Source: Paraspadella gotoi (Eukaryota > Animalia > Chaetognatha). Taken from it: a DNA stretch of 64,000 nt. The position numbers and the translations under genes are program-made. Below the pieces are notes generated by a model, which saw nothing but the letters and a program-made list of their open reading frames with translations, was not told where the DNA came from and searched no databases. The stretch is taken from positions 27,291,340-27,355,339 of the forward strand of contig CM119264.1 of NCBI GenBank assembly GCA_051294375.1. Reading direction: 5' to 3'. The stretch's first letter is position 1. Each line of letters opens with the position of its first letter. Shown here in pieces: positions 1-10,900 of this stretch.

Positions 1-3000
1 GAATGACATTTTTCATCTGTTATTTTTAATAATTTTTTTTTCCTTTAAACAGCAAAGGCGCTTCTTCGAAGGCTCCTCCATTTTATCAGTGCATCTACAA
101 TTGCCTCTCCGGAATAAAGATCGGAAACCTTCGAGCGGTGGAGGAGTTCGAAGGAGTGGCGATCCAGTCTCTCTTGGAAGATGTCAAGGCCTCGTCTCAT
201 AGCATTCACTCGGTCAATCCCATCTTGACCAAAGCTAAAACATTCATGGTAATGGAACGATAGTGTTTTTCCAATTTTTCTTTTATTTTAATTTGTACGT
301 TTCTTGGTGCAGGATATTTGCGAGCTACGTCGTTTGGCAATTGATCCCACGACGACGCCTTTGGAGTGGCGTTCCCTCGCCACAGCTTGGAAGGCGGACT
401 GCGATTCCCTTCGGCGTCAAGACTTTTCAGTGGCCGACAAAATTATCGCCGTCAGGCTGGCCTGTTCCGATGCGGTTGAGAGGATCGTCGAGTCGTCCTT
501 TTCTGACTCTCGCGAGAATTTTTCTAATTCGTGGCGCCGAGAGAAGTTGAAACTAGTCTTCGATCTCTGCAAAATCTCTCGAGATCAGGGATGGCATCAC
601 GCGTCGAAAGGAGCCTTCGCCAGGCTTGGCCAGATGCTTGAGGAGGATCAAGGGGCGAGCCTTGTCCCTTACTGGGAGTTGGAGGAGCCTTCTCTCTATT
701 GGGAAATGGGGGAAGAGGAAAAGGCTAAGTTTTTGTTAAGAAGAGTCATCGAGGGAGAGACGAAGAGCCAATCTACGCGACTCGTCGTCCCCCTGGCGCT
801 GAACACGATGGGAGCCTGGCTTTCCGAAAGTAATATGGCGAGGTAAGTCTGGTTCATTCGCGGTTTCGCTTTAGTTTTCCTCAATTGTCGAATCTCTTTC
901 TTAGTTCCACGACGATCAACGACGACTATCTGCAACGCTCCGTGGATATGTTAAAGCAGACCTCGGCACTCTACGAATCAAAGTCGGACAAAGAAATCCT
1001 CAGTCGCATCCACTTGACCGTGGCCAAGTTCGCCGACGCAGAGTATCAGAGTATCAAGGATTACATGGAGAGCAGTCTCTACGCGGAGAAGCGACAGATC
1101 ATGTCCGAACAAGAGGCAGAACTAGAGGGGTTGATACCCTTGCGCGGCTCGCTCGGAAAAGGTAAACTGAAATCGGCAAATGTACTCATCTGCTGATTTT
1201 TAGATTCTATCGACCAATATTTTTTGTTCTCCTCTTTGGGCAGACGATCAAAAATACCTGACTATCATGAAGAGGACCCGCGACCAAGACGCGAAGGCCG
1301 ACGACCGAATGATCAAGAGGCGCCGCGAGTTTCTGGCTAAAGCGTTGGAGCATTTTCTCGTCGCCCTCAAGCTCAACGCCTCCGTTTCCGATATCGATCC
1401 CAATATTTTTCGAGTTCTCACTCTTTGGTTCGACAATGCGGATTTGAAGGAGGTGAATCACTTTAACAGACATATTAGGGAAAATAAAGTGACGTAGGTA
1501 CGCATTAAACCGAAAAACTATGTAATAACGAAGTCAGAAACAAAAATTTAACGAGTAAAGTTCAGTACTACAATATGTAAATAAAATTATAGCTTTAATC
1601 TCATTTTAGATCACATTCAAACATCATTTTTTACATTCCTCTCAAGATAACGGAACTGGTCCTCAATCTCGGCAAGGAGATTCCGCCGCACGCCTTCCTT
1701 CCCGTGGTGACTCAGATGGCGACTCGGCTCGGCGACGCGGAGGGCAGCGGGGATGCAGAGGCCGCTTTTCAAAATGCACTCAAGAGAATCCTTGCCCGCG
1801 TTTGCAAGTATTGTCATTCAGTATTGCAACAGTCAGATTATGCCAATCGCTGAATAATATTTCGACTTCACAGGGTTCATCCCCACCATACCATGTACGC
1901 TTTATTCGCTCTCGTCAACGCCAACAAAGAAGAGGAAAAGGTTGGGAATGGCGCCTCTGGCGGCTCCGCCCCTTCAAACGATGACAGAGCTCGGCTCAGG
2001 ACTCAATCGGCCAAACTCATTTTGGAACATTTGATGATGAAGGGATTGGAAAAGGAGGTAAAAATACAGCTTGGATATTTGGATCATTGACTCACAATGA
2101 GACTGTTCGCTGAATCCAGGTGACGCAAACGTCGAGAATCTGCGACGCGGTGATCGAGGCCGCCTACATCCCTGTCGCTAAGCAAAAGGACCGCGCCATG
2201 AAGTTCCCTTCGTCGGCTAAGATCCTCCAACTGCTCGACTTGGAAGTGCCTGTCCCCATTGCCTCGCTTCCCGTGAGGACGGACGGAAGGTGAGCGGATT
2301 CGACGTTTACTTATAACAATGATAATTATATTTAATAATTTAGCAATTTTATGTACAGGTATTCGTGCTCAGACTTCCCATCCCTCGTCTCCTTCGAACC
2401 CGAATACAAAATCGCAGGCGGCGTCAACGTGCCCAAGATCATCCATTGTCTCGGCTCCGACGGAAAGCGCTACAAGATGCTCGTCAAGGGCAACGACGAC
2501 CTGCGGCAGGACGCTGTTATGCAGCAGGTCTTTGCCCTCGTCAACCGAATTCTTGTCGGCAACGACCGCGCCCTTCGACGTCGCCTCCGAATGCGCACTT
2601 ACAAGATCATTCCCACCACGGCGTCTTCGGGGCTACTCGAGTTTTGTCAGGGTACCATGCCTTTGGGTGCTTACCTAACCGACGAAAACGGCGGCGGCGC
2701 CCACGCTAGGTATCACCCCGAGGCTTTGCACTGGAAGGAGTGTCGCAAGAAGATGATGGAGGTTGAGAGAAAGTCGAGCGAAGTGAAGCTCGCAGTCTTT
2801 CAGGACATTTGCCGACAATTTCCTCCGGTGTTTTCACACTTTTTCTGGGAAAAGTTTAAAGATCCCTCTGTTTGGTAAGAAAAGATTTTGAAATGACTTC
2901 TAGATAAAAATAAGCAGCGTAGAGATGAGAAGATTGTTCTTTCCAGGTTCGAGAGACGATTGAGTTACACCCGAAGCGTGGCCACCGGCTCCATTGTTGG

Positions 3001-4529
3001 CTACGTCCTCGGCCTCGGCGACCGACATCTCACCAACATTCTCGTCGACTGCCAAACGGCGGAACTCGTACACATCGACTTTGGAATTGCCTTTGATCAG
3101 GTGCTGTTTAATATCGCTCGTGTAATACACTGCAATGTGATTCGTGTAGTCGGGCATTGCCTAGGTTCACCCCGCTATAAGCATGACTCTTTCAGGTGTG
3201 ACCCGGTGGCTCATTGAGTAAAGCCATCAGCTCATGACACTAGGTACCGGGTTCAATCCCAACCCGGTACCTACCCTGCGGGAAGAGTGAGGACGGCCGT
3301 AAGCCGCCTTGGGGGGATGGCAAACCCTCAAGCCTGGTTCCAAGCCCAGGACCCGTTCCATGTCTGCTAGAGGGGGTTATAGAAGTTACGGATAGTCATC
3401 TTCTGCCCACTTAGCGCCTTATCCACACTGGTGAGCCCATCCTGTCGAGCGTATTCCAACCTTCTGATTCCAGGCCCATGGACGTGCCGAAGATTGCTCC
3501 CCTCCCTCCACTGGAAGCAGTGTAGGGTGGGTTACAATCTGGGGGCATGTAGTCGGGCATTGCCTAGGTTCACCCCGCCTATAAGCATGACTCTTTCAGG
3601 TGTGACCCGGTGGCTCATTGAGTAAAGCCATCAGCTCATGACCACTAGGTACCGGGTTCAATCCCAACCCGGTACCTACCCTGCGGGAAGAGTGAGGACG
3701 GCCGTAAGCCGCCTTGGGGGATGGCAAACCCTCAAGCCTGGTTCCAAGCCCAGGACCCGTTCCATGTCTGCTAGAGGGGGTTTAAAGTTTACGGATAGTC
3801 ATCTTCTGCCCACTTAGCGCCTTATCCACATTCGATGAATTATTAAAATAGGGTCGCATTCTACCCGTTCCCGAGACGATCCCATTCCGACTCACGCGCG
3901 ACATTTTAGATCCCATGGGAATCAGTGGAGTCGATGGAGTCTTCACCCGATGTGCCGAGATCGTCCTCGGCGCCATGCGGGAGGGCCAGGTGGGCTAAAT
4001 CTTTAAATCGAGGTCAATCTGTGTAGAGAGGGAGAGATTTCCTCCCCCCTCATTTGGCATCGTTTTCTTTTGTCACCAGGGTGCGATCCGGTCGATCCTC
4101 GATGTCATCCTTCACGATCCGATGTCTTCTTGGACTCTTTCTCCGGCCAAAAGGCTGCAGATTCAAAAAGTGAACCGCGTAGCGCTGAGATGAACTTTTC
4201 ATTATAGTTACATATAAAATGTAATTTTAAAATCTTATTCCCATTTTTGTTTTTTCCCCCAGGATCGCCTGGAAGACCGAGAAGAAGCCGGCGTTGCTTC
4301 AACGACGACCTCTCGTTTGCCGATTGGCGTCTCCACTGCTTCTGGCGCCAACACCCTTGCCAAACGCGTTCTATCCGAACTCTCTCAAAAGCTCTCCGGT
4401 CACGTGGGCGGTGCGCGCGTCATGGGGCGTGGTCTGAGCGTCGAGGGTCAGGTCAAGCACCTCATACAAGAGGCCACGGATCCTGTCAAGTTATCCGCTC
4501 TTTTTCACGGGTGGAAGCCTTTCGCATAA
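1..4529 (+). CDS. ATM: Serine/threonine kinase ATM, 3' portion (FAT, PI3K-like kinase, FATC); multi-exon, 5' end outside window
   Basis: Exon translations [75 protein letters not shown]|[17 protein letters not shown] and the C-terminal [35 protein letters not shown] match ATM rather than ATR; GT-AG introns. Confidence 0.96.
3207..3260 (+). promoter_or_regulatory. tRNA-like internal Pol III promoter (A box/B box) in LTR, repeated in the second LTR
   Basis: TGGCTCATTGAG (A-box-like, 3207) and GGTTCAATCCC (B-box, 3250-3260) at tRNA-like spacing. Confidence 0.65.
3278..3356 (+). ncRNA. Twister ribozyme, type P5 permutation (LTR A copy 1)
   Basis: gcggg(P5)..agt GA gga(T1') cggccg(P1) T^AA gcc(P2) GCC ttggggg..ccctcaa(P3) G cctgg(P4) T tcc(T1) AA GC ccagg(P4') a cccgt(P5'); predicted cleavage 3300/3301. 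P2 is short and has one mismatch. Confidence 0.82.
3683..3760 (+). ncRNA. Twister ribozyme, type P5 (LTR A copy 2)
   Basis: Same motif as 3278-3356; predicted cleavage 3705/3706. Confidence 0.82.
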
Positions 4530-4846
4530 AATCTTGGATGCTAATAATTGTTTTTATCTTAATTCAGATTAATCAGATTAATTTTTGACGCTAATTTAAA
4601 TCTGTGATGTTCAAAGAACAGTGTTAGTTTGTTTATCGATTATGTATCGGTTCTGCCATTGGCAAATTGTTATGATTTACTAAATTACCAGAGAATTGTT
4701 ATTCGCTGACTGCAAAGGTATTTTTGTTTGGATTATTATTAACTCGCTGTTAAGTTATGTATGTTTTTAATTCCTTTTATTTTAATCGATAAGCGATTTC
4801 CACAAGTTCGTATCTCAAATTGATAAACATTCTGTTGATATTAACT

Positions 4847-5599
4847 ATGGATAACGAGATACTGGAACCCTCGTTGTTCACCGTCAAGGCACTGGCGATT
4901 CTCGACCAGGACGGAAAGAGAATCCTGGCAAAGTATTACGACGAAACGTTCCCGACCGTCAAAGAACAGAAGGACTTTGAAAAGAAGCTCTTCACCAAAA
5001 CCCACCGCGCTAATGCCGAGATCATCATGTTGGAAGGTTGGTCGGCGATGGGCAATCTTGTAGAGCAATTAGTAATAATACTTATGGAAATGGACGGGGG
5101 TATAGAAGCGAGATAGCCGCAGATATCCTCGACTCTCGCTCCTCACTCCTCAGGCATGACGATCGTGTACCGGAGCAACGTGGACGTTTTCTTCTACATC
5201 ATGGGCAGTCAGCAGGAGAACGAACTCATCCTAGTTTCCGTCCTCAACTGCCTCTTCGACACCCTCACCCAAATCCTCAGGAAAAACGTGGAGAAGCGAT
5301 CGATCATGGACAACCTCGATGCTGTCTTTCTCGCGGTGAGGAATCGAGAGACTGACTACAAGAGTCTAGAGGAATTAAAAACATATTAAAAATAATTATA
5401 ATAATAAAGGGGAGAAATTTTCTTAAAACTCCAGGTGGACGAAATGATCGACGCTGGGATGTTAATGGAGTCTGACCCGACTTGCGTCGCCTCCCGATCC
5501 GTGACTCGCTCCACGGAGGAAGTCCCCTTGGGAGAGCAGACGGTCGCCCAGGTGCTGGCCACCGCCAAGGAGCAAATCAAATGGTCCTTGCTTAAATGA
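4847..5599 (+). CDS. COPZ1: Coatomer subunit zeta (3 exons: ~4847-5036, 5154-5335, 5435-5599)
   Basis: [32 protein letters not shown]...[22 protein letters not shown]...[21 protein letters not shown]. Confidence 0.96.
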
Positions 5600-5868
5600 A
5601 TCTGTTTTTTCGGACGAAGGGGAAAATACGGACCCACGACCACAACTGGACCGGTTTTTGAGTATTTTTTTTAGCCGTTATTTCCTGTCCATTTATAGCT
5701 TCGTTTTTGTGTCTGCATCTTTACACATTCCTTGCTAAGTCAAAACGTTGCATTTCTCAATCTTTATATTTGAGGGTTCTATTTTAAAATTCGGAAACGA
5801 GAACCAAACCCTTTGATGTTATCGAAAGAAGCTCTTCTGAAAATATAACGAAAAAAAAACTTGGAACA

Positions 5869-7774
5869 ATGATGAGCAAATTTAAAATACCGAAGAAAAT
5901 GGGCGCCTCCAAATCGACCTACGGTCAAAACGGCGCGAAGAAACTTTACCACAAGGGCGCTGCGTCTCATTTTCCTCGTCACTCGCTCAAAACACATTCT
6001 AAAAACGCCGATCGAGATCCCAATTACTTGCCCTTTCCGGCTTACAGGGGTGGCGGTGGGGATAAGTCGCAAAAGCATGAGCACGGTGAGACGAAGCATG
6101 GTGAATATCGGCATGAGAGGGAGGGCGTTTATTAACCAACCTCAATTCAGCCTACGAAGATCTGTACGAAAACGTGGAACTTGAGCAACAGTTTCTGCTG
6201 CGACTTCCGGTTCCCGCGGCGGCGAGTTTAAAAGCGGCGCTGCAGTCGGAGGCACCGAACATCAAGGACAGACTCGGCATCGAGTTCGCATCCGACCTGC
6301 GGAAGGCGAACGTTAGGTCAGTAGCTCTTAAAGCATTTATGGAGGTCCATGCTTTCAAGACCAGGAATGTTGCTTCAGAAAATGCCGAAAATTTGACCGG
6401 GATATTCTATCCATGTACCCAATTCTAGATGGGACGGCTACATTTATCCAGCGCGTTTTCAAAATCTCCCCTGCGTGGTAGAATCCTACAAGACGATCGA
6501 CAACAAGACTTGCTATAAAACGGCGGATCTGTCTGGCATCCTTACTTGTCGCCCGACGGACGACTTCAGTCCGCCGCAGTCCGAAGACGAGACGGGCAAG
6601 GAAGGTGCTACCCCGGAGGAGATTGCCAAGCGAAAGGAGAAGCAGGAGAAGAAGCATTACAACCTCAACCACGGCATCACGCCGCCTTTGAAGAATGTCC
6701 GCAAGCGAAGATTTCGCAAAGTCTTGAAGAAGAAATACGAAACGGCGCCGGAAATAGAGAAAGAGGTGTGTCGGGGGAAAAAAAGGGAGAACTCGCGTTG
6801 ATTGAATAAAATTAGATTGAAATCTACAGTAAATCTACTGTATTCGAAACCCCGACTTAGTTTGTTATGGATTATGCAATAAAAAATTCATTGTGAACAA
6901 AAACAAGTGTACAAGCGGCCCTTGATTATTCATTCGCCAGGTAAGGCGTCTCTTTCGAATGGACAACGAAGCCTTCAACGTTTCTTGGGAGTTGGTCCCC
7001 GAGGGAGACGCGGTCCCCGCCGCAGCCGACAAAGCTAAAAACGATGCAGGTAAAATTTTTAGGCGAGTTAGTGAAAAAGTCGAAAAAATAATTTTACACA
7101 TTTCCTTTTTATCAAGCAGGCATCGCCGGAGACTCTGCGGCCGCGGGTCCCTCATCCGCTGTGCAGATCGAAGACATATTCGGAGGTCAAGTCAGTTCGT
7201 CAGAGTCGGAGGAAGAGTGGGAAGAGGGAAGAGCCAGGTAAGATTACTGCCTTTTAGGTTAAAATTTATAAGAGATAGTGTGGGTTCTCGATAGTTGTAC
7301 ATGTATATATATATATATACAGAAACAAATCAATGGAGAAGCTCGAAACCACCGCAGAAACGGGGAACCGCGTCGGAGGGGAAGAGGAAGAGGATGAGGT
7401 GGAGAGGATGGACGCGTCTCAGTCGTCGGAAGCCGCCGTCAGCGCCGAGGAATTACAGGTAAGAGAAAGATAATGGCTTCTTACCTCAACTTTTCCTTTT
7501 CATCCAAAAAAATGTATTCGTTTAATTTTTTACGTTATTTTCACGATCTTCCCTCTTTTAGGAAGCCTTACGAGCCCGCGACCGCGTGGACACAGTCCGC
7601 CGAGAATTAGAGGATTTACGAAGGCGGCGTCGGAAGCAAGAGTCGGAGATCGAAGGCCTCGAGAACCCCATCCTCAAGGGTCGTCTCACCGCCGAGCTCA
7701 AGCGGATGCAGGACGAGGAGGCCGCCAAGGAGGCAGAGTACCAAGAGTTGGACGCCGCGTTGGGAGAATACTGA
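5869..7774 (+). CDS. TAF7: TFIID subunit 7 (multi-exon; start approximate)
   Basis: ELEQQFLLRLP, LPCVVESYKTIDNKTCYKTADLSGIL, HGITPPLKNVRKRRFRK..EIEKEV|RLFRMDNEA, C-terminal coiled coil ENPILKGRL. Confidence 0.95.
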
Positions 7775-7992
7775 CGCTCTTTATCATTGAATTCATGATG
7801 ATCATTCACACTCCCTCAATCCCTCATTTATGCCTGGAGAGGACGACGTTTAATATTTAATTTTTAGTCGCGGATAGTTATTTTTATTTCCGTGTATATT
7901 CTTGTACTAAATTCGCTGTTACCTTGACTAGATGCTTATTTGTATCGAGAGCCTATAATCGGACGCGAGTTGCTCATCTCATTTCACCAACA

Positions 7993-10900
7993 ATGTCGTC
8001 CCTTCGATGGACCAATTTGACCTTTCCTTGTTTGAGATGTCTCGCCGATCATCCTCTCTTGCCCCTCCCCGCAAACTTTCCAAAATGGTCTGATGCCGCC
8101 ACCGCTCGCGCCTTTAAATTAAGGACAGACCGAAGCTACTCCACGAAGCCCGGCGTCGCCCCGGGCGCCGATAATCGAGAAACTCCCTCGTCCGATTCGA
8201 GCGGCAATGACTCACAAAAACAAAAGGCCAGCGGCGGAGACGGACCCACGGAGGGCGCAGAGGAAAATGAGGAACTCGGAGATAAGGGCGAGGACAGGCC
8301 TTTCAAGGCGACCATGCGAGACTTCAAACCCAAGAGGTTCGACGACGTGCCCGGTGAAATCTTGGATATGATCCTTCCGCCCGTTAGAGATGAGCGTCTT
8401 TCCAAAATTTTCAGGTTTGTTCGCCGTCGTGATTGAGTTCTGAATTTTTCAGACGTCTGCCATTTGTTTTTTGTTGCGCAGCGGGTAATCGCGGTCGGTC
8501 GGTCAGTCTGTTTGTTGGTGGAACACCACTTACGTTTTAAATACTCATAATTTAGCTATTACTGCATCAATTTAATACTTGGCAGCAAGTCAATATGTCA
8601 AAGGGACCATCAGGTGCAGTCATGAGTTTTCCCGACAATATTTTCAATATTATATTATTATATTATGGCAACGGGAGGATAGCGTTACCGGCGCGGGGTA
8701 TCTCACAACTGGCGTAGGGGCTGCGGACCCTCAGTGACCGCCTCCTGTCACTGGCATGTTTATACGGCACGTCACATTTAAGCCAGAACCGGGATACCCA
8801 GGATTGAACCCGGGACGCACGGATGGAATGAGATGATTTAGCCTGCTCAGCCATTGAGCCGAGGCTGAGGCAGACAGCAGTGAGGCAGCTTTAAGTCTTG
8901 CTGCCACAGGATTAAGGGTTGCACTTAGGTAATATTTTTGCCCTGATTAACTGAGCAAAGTGATTCTGAAATTGCCTAGGTAAAGAAATGATTTTCTTAA
9001 TTAATATAGCCAATTTCTGAATCAAAATATTTTGCTTATATCAATTTTAAAGACAAATAAAACAATATATTTTATTTTATTGTTTTAATTTTGTCATCAA
9101 CTATATTTTCAATTTGTTATTACTATATTTTAAGCCCAAAAATACTTTTCCCAGATGGTATGAATATGATTATCAATAGTAGCATGGCATTAAGTCTGTA
9201 ATCTACTTGGCTACTACCAGAACCAGAACCAATAAAATTATTAAGGAAGATTAATTCATTGATATTAATTAATTAATTAATTAATTAACAGATAGTAAAG
9301 AAATTAGTAATAACAATTAGGATGCATACATTTAAAGAGATTTGCAATGTACGTAATTCAGTTGTATCCTGATATGATTGACAAGATTAAAACCTCGATC
9401 AAAGATTAATTAACAATGTACCCAAGACTCAAGTCGCACAAAATATTTTGTATCTTATTAAGAATGGCAAAGCTTACTAGAAATTCTTTGCAGAATATGA
9501 TATGGATTACTCAATACCTCCCAAGTGATTATATTAAATTCGAGCTCAATATAGAAAGTAAATATCTATGGATATAATTTCAAATATTGTGTTGTTTCTT
9601 TCTTTTGTTGTGTTTTTTTAGATTTGGAGAGAAAAAGAATTTCTTTAACAACAACGACTTTATTTATGATTAAGGCAGTGATTTCTATTCGGTATTTTCA
9701 AACATAGATTGAAATTATATAACTATTATTTCTTTTTTTTCCACTGATTAATATAAAACACGCTTCATTTAAAAAAACGGTTGGCTATAGTTATTTTCTC
9801 TTTATACCATCGAACTCACTGGTGAATTTCTATGCTTTCAAAATAGGTAAGACATAATTTTTTTACCTTAAGATGAAACTAAAACGATTTTTCATGGTAA
9901 GGCAACTTTTAAAGATTAAATTGTCGTCAGATCTATCACGTTTTTTAGAATATACTACAGATTAAGGCAAAAAAACGGCACGCTATATTTTAAAACTTTT
10001 TTCCATTTTTTCCACTATTTTTTCTCTCTTGAACCTTCTCTCTGTCCTCTCTTTTTCCTCTTTCTCTCTGTCTTTCTCTCCTCTTCTCCGACTTTTCTGT
10101 CTTCATATTTTTCTGTGTCATCCATTCTTTCTTCCTTTACCTTTATTTCTCTCTCTCTATCTCTGCTTTTCTTCCCCTCTCTGATCTTCTTTTTCTTCCT
10201 CTTTCTTATCTTTTCTTTCTCTTAATTGTTTTCGTTTTCCCCTTCTCCCCATATATTAATTTTTCACTCTTTTCTCTTCCTAACAACTTTTTTTTCACAC
10301 TGCTCTCCTTCTCTTATTTTTTTTTATTCTCACTCATTTTTTTGCATTTATATCATACTGGATGTATAAAAATCTTTAAAATGTATTGTAAGAAAAAAAT
10401 CTTGGTAGCGTATGATTTTATTCAAAGTGTTGGTTGCCCAGACTTTTTGCGGAAATTTTTTCCGCAAAAAACCTGTCGATTGAGAGGAAAAAAATTACTG
10501 ACGCTTTCCATTACCATTAAAAGAATGCGGTTTTTTTTAATTCGTTAACTTAGTATATTTCTCATCTATTAAAAATATAAAATAAGTAAAAACCGAGTTT
10601 TAGTTCAAATAAAACGCACCTCACAATCCTCACAATTAAAAGTTGATTAAAAATTTAATTTCTGCAAAACTATTAATTTTTTTTGCCTAATTTTTTAGGT
10701 ACCAGAAGCACCGTTGAAAGGGAATATTTGATTAGATTTGGGAACTTTTGAAGTATTTTCGTTAACAAATTGTATAAATGTAAAAATGTAATTTTTTTAC
10801 TAGTCAATTTAAAATTAATTCATAGGCAAACAATGGGATGAACCAACGGCAAATGAACCCATCAGTGGTAAAGAGATTAAGAATTACCGAAATCCGGAGT

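Larger units (their letters stand above)
3145..3830 (+). mobile_element. Small non-coding LTR element (TRIM/retrozyme-like, variant A) in an ATM intron
   Basis: Direct repeats 3145-3427 and 3548-3830, each TG...CA; 120-bp internal region starting cTGGTGAGCCC (PBS-like) and ending GGGGGCA (PPT-like); flanked by TTCG at 3141-3144 and 3831-3834. Confidence 0.88.

Noticed and set aside
3366-3420. GCTAGAGGGGG as the 3' strand of a type P1 twister
   Set aside because: It does not pair with the P2 5' strand; the upstream GA-GGA gives a perfect T1, so the permutation is P5 and this stretch is just a hairpin.
3145-3830. Plain tandem tRNA-derived SINEs or tRNA genes
   Set aside because: No cloverleaf or A-rich tail; TG..CA ends, PBS, PPT and a 4-bp TSD fit an LTR element better.
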